A stretch of 64,000 nt of DNA from a virus, in the IMG/VR virus record IMGVR_UViG_3300036900_000315, positions 2,595 to 66,594 of that record; one strand, 5' to 3'. A model generated the notes under the pieces. That model was not told where the DNA came from, searched no databases, and saw only the letters and a program-made list of their open reading frames with translations. Below, in pieces: positions 45,501-54,492 of this stretch (position 1 is the first letter of the stretch; the number at the start of each line of letters is the position of its first letter). The translations under genes and the position numbers were made by a program.

Positions 45501-46094
45501 CTCGGTAGTCGAGATGTCCAGCCGGTCTGCGAAATTCTTAGTTTCGCGGGCGGCTGCCGCATAGCTCGAGGTGATCGATACGATGGCGTTTTTGAGTTCG
45601 TCAACTGCCTGACGGCCCACCTGCAGGCCGATTCCACCAACCGCCCCTAAGCCAAAAGCGCCGAGAACCGCGCCTTTGCCGATGCCATCGATATTTACGC
45701 CGCCCTTGTTGGCAGCCTCCTCGCGCCGCTTGTTTTCCGCATGCGCCGCCTCTTGCGCCTTGCCGAGCTGCTGGAGCGCAGCCTGCTGACGGCGGGAAGA
45801 CTTCTCCGCTTCGTCTGCTGCCCGTTGGTTGGCCTTGTCCAGTTCGAGCAGGTCCTTTGCGATTCCAGCCACACCCGCGCCAACAGACTTTGCCGACTTC
45901 GCGAGGTCCTCGAGGCCTTTGCGCGTCGTATCTCCGGAGCGTGTGACCGTGTTCAGTAGCGTGCTGAACTGTTGGAGTTCGGCGCTGCTGTACTTGGTCT
46001 CGAGCGTGATCGCCTTCGTCGAACCCGCGACCTTATCTAGGGCGTCGATGCCTTGCGTTTGAATCTTGAAGAGTAGGTCGAGGGTTTCGGACAT
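42516..46094 (-). CDS. Tape measure protein
   Basis: 1192 aa helical; Gly-rich hydrophobic stretches; QININALDSKS near the C-terminus; position after the chaperone. Confidence 0.9.
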   Translation of the reverse strand: MSETLDLLFKIQTQGIDALDKVAGSTKAITLETKYSSAELQQFSTLLNTVTRSGDTTRKGLEDLAKSAKSVGAGVAGIAKDLLELDKANQRAADEAEKSSRRQQAALQQLGKAQEAAHAENKRREEAANKGGVNIDGIGKGAVLGAFGLGAVGGIGLQVGRQAVDELKNAIVSITSSYAAAARETKNFADRLDISTTEARRFEQIAEITGVSARSLEGGIRLVSTALEDQAGSGKKTADALHRLGIDFTESGGGAREMGSVILETIEKLSMMTDKTERAREATAILGRGAKELIPLINQYSELNSELTALGFNVTRDIIEKGDEAEKKFATMAVAFKILRDKLGEKLAPIVVSVIGQFVNAISDPGGGNPGLHLPEHGPGNRRPGDLNGFLQDANNQASHNLRLASDPSGLFRPPGLFGPTPFEAQAAATQAGGKAISDQYRTEYLKTKDGIHGQIKGLESGTGKEGTASRSLADLRRDLLSGALGKTAAQDTKDEIHSREAQIETLNGQLKDLTGAVRDAAKLERERVSTLKGAASAGRRLSGRGDTPQEKLQLDTDTELAKLTNLHGDDLARARGNVIGGSLLAKANLDEEQRKKDEKAEKKKTDDAAKRLQNLDVLGDEAFSVSGRLARESAKESAAASKDEDKFGDKGGITTALGRVLRAGSGQDALTNAPRQATSQDLLKQTTDDERRQERLLEVNSRPGQELATQKAISDLRLQTAAKVLQYELNIATTKGNQEQQGIAAEEARVKNAQTVKDIHEEDALKQAEANRKSAEDAHSLASGLTESAFGGSKGVRGFFAGEGRKLASQVAGNVAGPVIDKGISAVTSNIPTDGPFGKILSTALGGTILSPKKHPELDANTTAITSLTTSVNANTAAHGGTPPAGAGAGSVASGLSSILPPGVMSAFSKIAPLLSGSSTSPTGSGEAGVEGSAIPGSADNSSGESAAEGATSKIASTSKGLTGTLGKNVAGIAEIAAGAFAAYDGFKKGGAKGGVEGAAGVIGTAAGIASLIPGGQLVGGVLAAVGGVVGVIGSLLGDPKQQYLHTMEKEAQQNQYQAPTSISKSMGLNGNYSDTDAQGNARSSNLSAMPQIAESYYDWEKHAEVPGSVISPFGGPNTNPANSQTAGAAGSPSQAGGSQGPSYQININALDSKSIMDNASILTDAMHKAITAGHPVTDELRAQLNPGYAG

Positions 46095-46097
46095 TGG

Positions 46098-47026
46098 CTA
46101 TCGTTTGTTGGTTTCGCGGATTGCGGTCGTGAGTGCGTTCTTGTAACGCGATTCTTCGCACTCGATGATGGCCGCGGCATCTGCAGCTTTGGCTGGCCAC
46201 TTATCGAGGGACGGGCCGAATAATGCGACGCCGGTGGCCCGGGCCTGGCCAAAGATCTGGACCAGTTCGTGAGATTCAGGCGTGACAAAACACGCGGGGC
46301 AGTCCTCGATCTCGGTATCTTCTACGGAAAAGGAATCTATGCCCGGGATGGCATAGTACGCATGCCAGCGTGCAGGTTTTTCGGGGTTGGAGGGCGGGTA
46401 GCCCGGCTTATAGCAGCGGCGATCTACGAAATAACCGGCTCGCTGACAGGTGCGGCAATCGTATCGTTCGTCGCTTCTTCCCCCGGTGCGGGCGAAGTGG
46501 AAGGCGACGGTGAGTTTTTTCTTTCGTCGGCGCTCAAGCCTGAAATGCCGGACTGAATCGCGTCGTAGATTTCCTGGACAAGCTCCGGGGGGCCGTGCTC
46601 GATCAGGTCCGGTATGGTGGTGCACGGGACGAAATTGCCGTCGCCTTCGATATCCACGTCGAGGCCTGCGATTGATTTGACCGCTTCGTCGAGGTAGCCG
46701 CGCTGGACTTCGGAGTAGACGAGGAAATTGATAGAGGCCAGACGGTCTCGGAGGATGCGCTTGTCATCACGGGAGATTAATTTGTCGATGGCTTCGTTGA
46801 TCGCGTTATCGCGATCTGCCGTGTCTGCCGGGACGGATGCCTCTGCAGCTTCGCGCGCCGGGTCGATAATTTCGGCCCGCTCGTCGCTCAACTCGCGGAT
46901 TTTCTCACGGGTTTTGGCGAGCGACATATCGATGCGGGTGCGCATGCCATGGGAGAGTTTGCGGACCTTGGCCGTGACGCCGGGGAAGAGGAGGGATTTG
47001 AAGGTAGGCTGGGATTCGAATTTCAT
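46098..47026 (-). CDS. Tail assembly chaperone, -1 frameshift (G-T type) product
   Basis: A AAA AAC heptamer at 46514-46520 joins ...ADERK to KLTVAFHFAR... Confidence 0.75.
46424..47026 (-). CDS. Tail assembly chaperone
   Basis: Between tube and tape measure; start MKFESQ. Confidence 0.8.
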   Translation of the reverse strand: MKFESQPTFKSLLFPGVTAKVRKLSHGMRTRIDMSLAKTREKIRELSDERAEIIDPAREAAEASVPADTADRDNAINEAIDKLISRDDKRILRDRLASINFLVYSEVQRGYLDEAVKSIAGLDVDIEGDGNFVPCTTIPDLIEHGPPELVQEIYDAIQSGISGLSADERKNSPSPSTSPAPGEEATNDTIAAPVSEPVIS

Positions 47027-47116
47027 GGGGTGGTAATCTGTGGTTTGGGCTGACCGCCCACTACGAACACTTAAAAGAGAACCGGGAGAACCCGTATGGG
47101 GAAGCACCCGGAAAGC

Positions 47117-47150
47117 GAAGGGCCGCTTCGAAAGGAGCGGCCCTTTTCTT
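47117..47150. terminator. Strong hairpin terminator, possibly bidirectional
   Basis: AAGGGCCGCTTC-GAAA-GGAGCGGCCCTT followed by TTCTT. Confidence 0.7.
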
Positions 47151-47152
47151 GT

Positions 47153-48151
47153 CTAAGTGAGGACCAGACCGACTTCGTCCTTCGCCGAGAGCGAGGAACC
47201 AGTGGCGCGCGATCGCGCAATGTTGGCCTGCCATTTGCGCGTTCCTTCCGTGATGTCCGGGGTCTCGAGCTGCAGGCCCTTGACGGTGAATGCCGCGATG
47301 CTGCCAGCCACAGTCCCGATTGTGGCGACTGCGGTGATACCGGCCTTCGTCAGGGCCTTGGTGTACAGGTCCTGCGTTCCGGTGGTGTCATCGTCGTAAG
47401 TCGAGATGGTCAGTCCGATATCGCGGGCGTCCGCTTCGGGCGTTCCACCGTAGTAGGAGCCGAACACGTCCAGCGGAATATCGCTGTTAAGGTTGATGTC
47501 GACGTCCATGGTCCGAATATTGAGGAATGTGTTGGAGTCGAGAACTGCCGAACCGGTGAAACCTGCGACGATGGGACCGTTCGAGGTGGGTGAGCCAGGC
47601 TCTGCGGCGATCGAGGACAGGCCGCCCTTGCCGCCGGCGTCGAGCGTCGAAAAGATGAAGGTGTCGGGAACGAAAAGGGCCACGCCGGAGAACGTGCAGG
47701 TGGCGATATTCTCACCCAATTTAAAGGTGGCGCGTTGCACGATGCACCCGACAGCGACCTGCTGCGAAACAGTGGACGGGGTGCGGTAGTTGTAGGCGGT
47801 GAAGCTGAGAATCGCGTCATTGAGCGAATAGGTCACGCTGACGCCGGCAGCCACAACGCCGGCCTGCCCGAAGAGCGCTTGCAGGAGCGGATCCATATCG
47901 GGCTTGACGCCAGGGGCTCCGTTCGGCCGCAGTTCCATCTCGATCGAGAACGTGCCGCTGTGACGGCCGGGGACGCCGGGGAAGACGGTGCGCGTTCCGG
48001 TCTTCGATTGTGAGACGAGCACGTCGACGTGAGGCTTGAAGACGGCCTTGGTGATCAAACAGTTATTGCTGCCTGTCACGGTAGCGGCGACGCCGAAAGA
48101 GCTTTCAATGGCGAGATAGACTCGCTGATTGCGATTTAAAGAGTAAGCCAC
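47153..48151 (-). CDS. Major tail tube protein
   Basis: VYLAIESSFGVA, GTFSIEMEL, LLQALFG; size and position. Confidence 0.85.
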   Translation of the reverse strand: MAYSLNRNQRVYLAIESSFGVAATVTGSNNCLITKAVFKPHVDVLVSQSKTGTRTVFPGVPGRHSGTFSIEMELRPNGAPGVKPDMDPLLQALFGQAGVVAAGVSVTYSLNDAILSFTAYNYRTPSTVSQQVAVGCIVQRATFKLGENIATCTFSGVALFVPDTFIFSTLDAGGKGGLSSIAAEPGSPTSNGPIVAGFTGSAVLDSNTFLNIRTMDVDINLNSDIPLDVFGSYYGGTPEADARDIGLTISTYDDDTTGTQDLYTKALTKAGITAVATIGTVAGSIAAFTVKGLQLETPDITEGTRKWQANIARSRATGSSLSAKDEVGLVLT

Positions 48152-48661
48152 TTAGACCACTTCCTTTGCTGCGTTCTGTTCATCGGTGATCACCGCTTCG
48201 TTCGCGTTGATCACGCTTGCCGCGCTCGCCCGCTCGAGGTCGGCCTGTTCTGCGCCGGCTACGAGGGCCTCAGCAGCAGCCTTGCGATCTGCCAGGATCT
48301 CGTCAACGCGAGCTTTCTCTTTGTCGTCCCAGGCCTTGACTGCCGCGTAGTGCAGATTTGTGGCGGCATCGACAGCGGCTTTCTTCTTCGCCTTCAGATC
48401 GTCCGGAGCGCTAAACCAGTGCCCGGGAAACTTGGGGAAGGTCTTCTCCTTCATCTGCGCCTCGGTGAAGAACGTGAGGAACTGGGCTTCGGGAAGGATC
48501 ATGCCTCCGCCGCGCAGAACGGTTTCCGCCTGCTCATCGGTCAACAGCGTGCGCTGGCCGAATTGCTTCAATTCGTCGTGCTCGTGGATCAGCGTGTAGA
48601 CGCCGACAAAGCGATAGGGATTGCTGGCAGCGACGGGCTGCACAGGCGTAGTGGTGCTCAT
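48152..48661 (-). CDS. Hypothetical protein
   Basis: AGGAG upstream; abuts the tube gene. Confidence 0.7.
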   Translation of the reverse strand: MSTTTPVQPVAASNPYRFVGVYTLIHEHDELKQFGQRTLLTDEQAETVLRGGGMILPEAQFLTFFTEAQMKEKTFPKFPGHWFSAPDDLKAKKKAAVDAATNLHYAAVKAWDDKEKARVDEILADRKAAAEALVAGAEQADLERASAASVINANEAVITDEQNAAKEVV

Positions 48662-48701
48662 GGATTTTTGGGAACTCCTGGGGGGAAATTAGGGAAAAGG
48701 A

Positions 48702-49241
48702 TTAGTTGGTATCGAGGCCGAACGGCAAGTAAAACTTGATCGGTACGCGCCAGTTCTGCGCGCCCATTTGCAAACGCGATCGCTTCACTGCGAGCTTGCG
48801 ATTGAACGTAACTGGGCCGGTGAAGTTTGCAGTTGCGGCGGCTGACGAATCACAGAAGGTGCGGATCACTGCGGCGGTGACGGCGTTCAGCGTCTTCTCG
48901 ACGTTGCGCGGCACTCCCGATTGGATGAACGAAATATAGAGGCACAACTCCATCACGATCTGACCGGAGAATGTGATGTAGGTCTGGTCGAGCTGGTTGT
49001 CTTCCTGCAGGACAGAGAGCGTGCACAGCGGGTACTTCAGCGGCGTGGTCGATTCGATGTCGCCGGGGTCGAGTTGCACCTCGAAGAAGTTGATACTCGT
49101 GGCGCTCCAGTCGAACGCGAAGACCGGCAGACCTGCGGCTCCCAGCGTTATCGCGAGCTGGACGTTGAGACCACGTGTCACGTCTTCGAGTTGAGCTACG
49201 GCGACGTCGCGGACCTGGCCGGCATATTCGGGGGAGAGCAT
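48702..49241 (-). CDS. Putative tail terminator
   Basis: Position before the tube; KYPLCTL motif; alpha/beta pattern. Confidence 0.65.
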   Translation of the reverse strand: MLSPEYAGQVRDVAVAQLEDVTRGLNVQLAITLGAAGLPVFAFDWSATSINFFEVQLDPGDIESTTPLKYPLCTLSVLQEDNQLDQTYITFSGQIVMELCLYISFIQSGVPRNVEKTLNAVTAAVIRTFCDSSAAATANFTGPVTFNRKLAVKRSRLQMGAQNWRVPIKFYLPFGLDTN

Positions 49242-49538
49242 TTAGTTTTCGATGGCTTCGGCTGTTGGCGTGGCGGTTTGGGCCTGTTTGGCTGCTGCCT
49301 TTGCCTGCTTAACGGCTGCTTTCGCTTGAGCGATGAGCCGTCGATCCTCGTGCTGAACCAATTCTGTTTCGCTGGGAAACGCGATGCCGGCACGTGTGAG
49401 CATAGTGCGCACTTCTGCACGTTCCGCCTCTGGAGTATTTTTCCAGCGGAGTGTGTCGCTTTTAATCAGCGCCATTGCCAGGTTGCGCATGTGCCTGACG
49501 CGAGCGGCGGCGCATTCTTCGAGCGTAATGATGACCAT
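49242..49538 (-). CDS. Hypothetical protein
   Basis: Abutting ORF. Confidence 0.55.
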   Translation of the reverse strand: MVIITLEECAAARVRHMRNLAMALIKSDTLRWKNTPEAERAEVRTMLTRAGIAFPSETELVQHEDRRLIAQAKAAVKQAKAAAKQAQTATPTAEAIEN

Positions 49539-49559
49539 GGGAGTACCTTGGCGAGAGGT

Positions 49560-50261
49560 TTAGCGCTTGTTTCTGGCGACGATAGAACTGTAGATATCCG
49601 CCAGCATCTGCTTAACGTCGTGGCTCGATGCCCCGAAGAAACGGCGTTGCTTGCCGCCCTTGGTTTCCCCGGTGTTGTGGCCCGTTGCAATCGCGGCTTT
49701 CTGCGGATCCTCGATCGACAACCGGATTTCGTTACCTGTGGCGCTCACCTGGATGGCCTGCATCATGTGCGGGGCATGGGGTCCGGTGAGGTCGACGCCA
49801 GATCTTCCGAGAGCCGCTTTGAACGCAGCATACGAGGCGAACTTGATCGTGTCCGATTCGTGAGAATGGATCTCACCAACGCCGACGCCCTTATGCCGGA
49901 GTGTTCCTTTGCCGCCGGAGGTCGTGCCGCCCAGCTTGCGAAGGAATCGGGAGGCCGATGCGTTGCGTGAGAGTTCCGGGACCTTCTTGCGGCGATCGGC
50001 GAGGCTTACACCTTTGCGGCCGCGCCCGATGCTGGGGGTATCCCAGGGGCGGAAATAGTAGGGCCGCGTGGTGTCGTAGGGCTCGAATTCGTTCCCGTCG
50101 ACGTCGCGGTGGTCTGCAGTCTTTTCGTGGATGCGCTCGTTCTGGCGCTGCCCGGCATAGAGGAGGTCCTCACGTAGGGGGATGAGGTTGCGGCGGACCT
50201 CCAGTATCACCTCTTCGGGATCTCTCCCGTTCGATGACTTGAACTCCGCCGCACTTGCCAA
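49560..50261 (-). CDS. Virion morphogenesis/tail completion protein
   Basis: DVDGNEFEPY, VDLTG...MMQAI, IATGHNTG...QRRFFG. Confidence 0.75.
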   Translation of the reverse strand: MASAAEFKSSNGRDPEEVILEVRRNLIPLREDLLYAGQRQNERIHEKTADHRDVDGNEFEPYDTTRPYYFRPWDTPSIGRGRKGVSLADRRKKVPELSRNASASRFLRKLGGTTSGGKGTLRHKGVGVGEIHSHESDTIKFASYAAFKAALGRSGVDLTGPHAPHMMQAIQVSATGNEIRLSIEDPQKAAIATGHNTGETKGGKQRRFFGASSHDVKQMLADIYSSIVARNKR

Positions 50262-50266
50262 TTTAT

Positions 50267-50860
50267 TTACTGAAGAGAAAGGGTAAGAGCTACGCTGTTA
50301 CCGCCGTCGATTTGCGCGACAAACACCTGAATGGTTGCGCTTGCCACACCGAAGCGGGCTTGCGGCATTTCGTAACCCCGCATGCTCATCGTCTTACCGC
50401 CAACTGGAAACGCACCCTTTATGTCCATCACCATGATGGTGCGCGCAGTCACGAAGCCGTCCACGCTATCGCGAATATGGATCAGACACCCTTTTGCGGC
50501 GGTTTGGTTTTCGGCCTTGAGGGAAACTGTCACATCACCCGTCAAGCCGGAGATGTCATACGCAATATTTACGGTGCCGGCGGAGGTTGCTCCGTTGCCT
50601 GCGACCGGGATGGTGAGCGCTGCATCGGAGTAGAGGCCGATGGTGGTTGCTGAGAAGCCGGTTACCTTGGCAAATACCAGGGCGTTGGCTGCGGTATTGG
50701 TGGCAAAGCCCGAGCCTTGCACCTGGTCGCCGTCGACGAGGCCGTGAGCCGCCGCAAAGGTGACAACGATTGGCGTGGCGTTAGTAGCTGCTGTTGCGGC
50801 GCCGCCGAAGGCGCCAACTGCTGTGTGAGTGCGGCCGGATTCTACGTATACGGTATTCAT
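50267..50860 (-). CDS. Virion structural/decoration protein
   Basis: ATNATPIVVTFAAAHGLVDGDQV beta motif; AAGGGAG upstream. Confidence 0.65.
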   Translation of the reverse strand: MNTVYVESGRTHTAVGAFGGAATAATNATPIVVTFAAAHGLVDGDQVQGSGFATNTAANALVFAKVTGFSATTIGLYSDAALTIPVAGNGATSAGTVNIAYDISGLTGDVTVSLKAENQTAAKGCLIHIRDSVDGFVTARTIMVMDIKGAFPVGGKTMSMRGYEMPQARFGVASATIQVFVAQIDGGNSVALTLSLQ

Positions 50861-50915
50861 ATTCTCCCTTTAATCAACTAAATTTAGTGTCCGGCCTAAA
50901 CCGGGGTTAACTTCA

Positions 50916-51767
50916 TCATGAGCCCTGGGAGAGGGGCGCGGGGGTTGCAAGGCCCGAAATGAGCCACATGTGCCGGCAGCGAAATCCGCCGCACGTCAGG
51001 AAAACGTTAGGGAGCTGATGATTATTCATCAAATCGATCTCCGCCCGGCTGTACGTCTTGCCGCTCTCTTCGAGGTGGGCACAGAACGGCCTGGTCAAGC
51101 GGTCCAAAGGGCCGTAGTACTTGTACCGGATCGAATCTGCCGGTAGCCCACGCTCGATATCGGCGAACCCGCGCTCGGAGATCGATCTGTAGAAAACGGT
51201 CATGGCCGTGTCTGCAAGCCGCGCCGCCATGGGCAAGGTCTGTTGGAACCGCTCGGCGAGTACTTCCGCCAGGTCGGCGATCGGCATGCCGCCAACCCCG
51301 AACAACACCCGCTGTTGAGCCAGCGCGCCGGCGATATCGACCACTGCTTTCAGGCTGTCGGCCGACGCAAGCTGCTGGGACTTGAACCAAGCCTTGTCGT
51401 CCGTCGTGAAGTCGACGCTGCGCCCAGGAGCCACGATGGCCAGCAGCTCGTTGAAGAACCGGAACTGCGTGCTAAACCTTCCGACGTACGCATCCACCAG
51501 CGCGTCGTAGCCCGCCTCCGTCATCTGCTCCTTGAAGAGCTTGTCGATGCCTCGGAGTACCTTGCTGTTCGCCGGGTTGCTGTCGATCAGGTGGACCGAG
51601 GTCTTACCAATTTCAAGCCGCGATTGCAGGATGGCCAGCGTGCGCGTGGAGGCGGTCTCGATGGTGGCCTTGACGTGGGTCTCGAAGGCTTGCACAAGCG
51701 AATCCACAGCGGCGTTATGCTCTGTGGCGAGACCTCGGAGGGCTACTGGGATGCTATCTTCAGGCAC
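50916..51767 (-). CDS. Minor head (SPP1 gp7/MuF-like) protein
   Basis: YKYYGPLDRLTRPFC...CGGFRCRHMW. Confidence 0.8.
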   Translation of the reverse strand: MPEDSIPVALRGLATEHNAAVDSLVQAFETHVKATIETASTRTLAILQSRLEIGKTSVHLIDSNPANSKVLRGIDKLFKEQMTEAGYDALVDAYVGRFSTQFRFFNELLAIVAPGRSVDFTTDDKAWFKSQQLASADSLKAVVDIAGALAQQRVLFGVGGMPIADLAEVLAERFQQTLPMAARLADTAMTVFYRSISERGFADIERGLPADSIRYKYYGPLDRLTRPFCAHLEESGKTYSRAEIDLMNNHQLPNVFLTCGGFRCRHMWLISGLATPAPLSQGS

Positions 51768-51771
51768 GTGG

Positions 51772-52101
51772 CTACTGCCAGATACTGACGAGCGCGCCTT
51801 CGTTATTTACATCCGCATCGACGCAATATTCCGAGGGTTCGATTTGTTCGCCTGACTCGCACGTGATCGCGAAGTGGTCAAGCAAACCGGTTGCGGTGGG
51901 GATCGCGAATACCCTGATGACGCCGGCGAGGGTTCCCTTCACCATGCCGAGGCGGCCGATGTAGACGGCGCCGGTCTGGCCGGGAAGTTGGGCGAAAAAT
52001 ATACGATGAGCCCTTCCGGCAAGCGAAGGGGCTGCTACGGAAATTGGCTTTGGCGTGCCGGCGGCGGCCGGGGCGATCTTGCCGAGAGGTGTGATTGTCA
52101 T
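51772..52101 (-). CDS. Hypothetical structural protein
   Basis: Beta-rich 109 aa in the head module. Confidence 0.65.
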   Translation of the reverse strand: MTITPLGKIAPAAAGTPKPISVAAPSLAGRAHRIFFAQLPGQTGAVYIGRLGMVKGTLAGVIRVFAIPTATGLLDHFAITCESGEQIEPSEYCVDADVNNEGALVSIWQ

Positions 52102-52118
52102 AATTTTCGATTGTGGCC

Positions 52119-53084
52119 TTAAGCCCGTTGCAGCGTATTCAGGAATGCGAAGTTAGCGTCCGCTTGCTGGCCTGGTGCGAGCGGTGCGCCGGAACCGAGC
52201 GGATCCCCGGGAAGCGTATAGGTCAGGGTGGCCACCGGAATAGGTACTGCGTTCTGCAGTACAAGAGTGCCGCCGGTAGGCGCCGCGTACACGTTCCAGC
52301 CGGTTGCCGTCAGCATCGAGAGAACACCGTCGGCGAAGGTGCCTGATTGATAAGGCTTGCCGGGAGGTGTGAGCCCCGCGATACTGAATCTAACGGCATG
52401 ATCCGCGGCCGTCGTGACCGGGAGAGTCACGCTCGGCCCGGACTCCGCGTTCATCTTTACTGCAGGGCTCTGATAACGCGACTGGTCGACCCAGGTAATC
52501 GCCACGTCCCAAAGACCGCCTGCAGCACCAATTGCAGCAACACTCGAGACGTTGGTAAGACCCCATGTGCCGGAGTTGCGCTCGTGGAGAGCGCCGGGGC
52601 AGGGTAGCGGCTGTAAAACGATCGGCAGTCCCTTGCTGGAGAACCTGCGCCAGGCGAAGTTGCCGTCCTTCTCGAAGCGGGCGCGTTTCGTCTCGTAGCG
52701 ATCCACAGTCATGCGCTCGGACGCGTCGCGGTAGAACATCTCGAGCGCCTTATAAGAGAGATACCGGCGTAGAGGTGAGCTGCGATTCGCGTAGCCGTCG
52801 TCTGCCACTATCTGCGAAAGGAAGATGCGCGATCGCGAAAGCCCCATGCCGAAATTATTGATGAGCCAGGCGGTCTGGACGCTCGCGCCAACCAGTAGAT
52901 TCACCGCGCCACCGAAGCTGTCCATCTTCGAGAAGATGCGGTCGGCAGTTTCGTCCCACGCGATCCGGACGGCTGTCGACACATCGATCACGGGATCAGC
53001 GGCCGCGGCGACTGCAGCCACCTCGTTATCGAGGTCGAGCATATCTGCGAGCGTGATGATGTCGCTATCGGTGTATTGGGACAT
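52119..53084 (-). CDS. Putative head-tail adaptor with C-terminal beta domain
   Basis: Helical N-half (YKALEMFYRD...DRYETK) after the capsid; beta-rich C-half. Confidence 0.6.
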   Translation of the reverse strand: MSQYTDSDIITLADMLDLDNEVAAVAAAADPVIDVSTAVRIAWDETADRIFSKMDSFGGAVNLLVGASVQTAWLINNFGMGLSRSRIFLSQIVADDGYANRSSPLRRYLSYKALEMFYRDASERMTVDRYETKRARFEKDGNFAWRRFSSKGLPIVLQPLPCPGALHERNSGTWGLTNVSSVAAIGAAGGLWDVAITWVDQSRYQSPAVKMNAESGPSVTLPVTTAADHAVRFSIAGLTPPGKPYQSGTFADGVLSMLTATGWNVYAAPTGGTLVLQNAVPIPVATLTYTLPGDPLGSGAPLAPGQQADANFAFLNTLQRA

Positions 53085-53096
53085 TGAAGCGGGGAG

Positions 53097-53441
53097 TTAG
53101 CGAGAGGATTTAGGTGCAGGCGCCGGGGTGCGCTCTGCGATGGCTTCTTTGCCCTGCGTATACACGTTGAGATTGAGCGGGAAGCGAGACTCTAGGTCGG
53201 CCTGGCGGATCGCATCGCCCTTGGCCTTCTGGTCGACCAGGTGCACTTCGATCTCTTCGGGGGTGGCGAGACGATGGGTCCGTTCGACTAGTCCTCGCGC
53301 GGCTGTGGCACGCGACATTTGCACGATGCAACCCGCGGTTGTGCCTTTGTCCCAGTTGTCGACCGAGACCACGTAAACGTCGCGGTCAGGCATCGCTTCC
53401 ATCGTTTCGCGGATGGCCTTGGCTGTTTGTCGGATGTCCAT
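53097..53441 (-). CDS. Hypothetical protein
   Basis: ORF after the capsid; RLATPEE motif. Confidence 0.7.
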   Translation of the reverse strand: MDIRQTAKAIRETMEAMPDRDVYVVSVDNWDKGTTAGCIVQMSRATAARGLVERTHRLATPEEIEVHLVDQKAKGDAIRQADLESRFPLNLNVYTQGKEAIAERTPAPAPKSSR

Positions 53442-53467
53442 AAAATGTGTTGGGTTTTCGTTCGATA

Positions 53468-53513
53468 GAAAAAGAGCCGCACGGTCCAGACCCGGTAGAG
53501 TCGGGCCGTGCGG
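53468..53513 (-). terminator. Terminator after the capsid gene
   Basis: CCGCACGG...CCGTGCGG stem with CTTTTT on - strand. Confidence 0.6.
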
Positions 53514-53532
53514 TGATTCAAGGGAGGAAGGT

Positions 53533-54435
53533 TTAGCTGTTTACCTGGACGGCAAACTGGTTGCGGAGCACGCCGACGCCGTAGAGCACGTCAACCGTGA
53601 AGCGCTGCGACAGGGTGGCCGCGTCGTAGCTGAGCGTTACGCGCACGCCGAAGTTGCCGATTTCGGCATACTCGACGATGGCGCCGGTGCCAGCCAGGGG
53701 CGCATCGAGCTTGCGCATCACGAGGCCGATCGCATCCTTGGCGAACGCCAGGTTATGCGTGTTGTTGCCGGTCTTGGCGACGAGCTGCGAGCGGAGAACG
53801 AAGAAATCCTTGATCTTGCCGATTTCGCCGGCGATGATCGCGTCGATACCCTGCTGGCCGGTGTTGGTCCAGCTCTGGAATTTCGGAATCTGACGCATCG
53901 AGGCGTAGGTTAGCGGGTCGACGATCAACATCTTCGGCAGGCGAGTGGGGATCTTCGCCACAAAGAGAGCGGTTTCCGCACTGTCGATCACGGCTTCGGT
54001 GATGGTGGTGTTCGCCGCGCCAACCGGGGTGTTGGCCGTAAAGTTGCCGTACAGTGCCAGGATGTCAGACTCAATCTGCTCGCCGAGTGCGTTGATCGCG
54101 GGCTGCATGTAGGTCTTGACCAAGTCGGGGGTTGCGAGGGCCTTGGTGACATCCGGAATGCGGAACGTGCACTCTTTGTGCTTGTTGAGCACGAGCTGCG
54201 CGTTGCCGAGATTCGGATTCTGCTCGGCTACCGTTCCACCTTCACCGAGGTCGTTTGCAACCAGGGTCGGGGGGATTGCGACGTTGACGGTGTCGCCTGC
54301 GTTGGCGAGGAGGGGCTCGTACTGGCGATTGACCAGGTTGCCCATCACGAGGTTGGCGACGAGAGCTTCAAGTGCCTCGACGGCGACCAATTTGACGATC
54401 GCCTGAGCGACGTTTACTGAGGTAATAGCGGCCAT
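53533..54435 (-). CDS. Major capsid protein (P22 coat-like)
   Basis: LVMGNLVNRQYE...GDTVNV...YMQPAINAL...NLAFAKDAIGLVMR...VDVLYGVGVLR. Confidence 0.92.
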   Translation of the reverse strand: MAAITSVNVAQAIVKLVAVEALEALVANLVMGNLVNRQYEPLLANAGDTVNVAIPPTLVANDLGEGGTVAEQNPNLGNAQLVLNKHKECTFRIPDVTKALATPDLVKTYMQPAINALGEQIESDILALYGNFTANTPVGAANTTITEAVIDSAETALFVAKIPTRLPKMLIVDPLTYASMRQIPKFQSWTNTGQQGIDAIIAGEIGKIKDFFVLRSQLVAKTGNNTHNLAFAKDAIGLVMRKLDAPLAGTGAIVEYAEIGNFGVRVTLSYDAATLSQRFTVDVLYGVGVLRNQFAVQVNS

Positions 54436-54492
54436 TTGTTCTGTTTGTTTCCTTTGGGGGTTGGGTTAGATTGTTGAGAGTTAGAGCCGCTA

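Noticed and set aside
48921-49970. 349-aa + strand ORF and similar long antisense ORFs (7483-8361, 10458-11300, 20619-21527)
   Set aside because: Antisense shadows of coupled - strand genes in GC-rich DNA; no recognisable motifs
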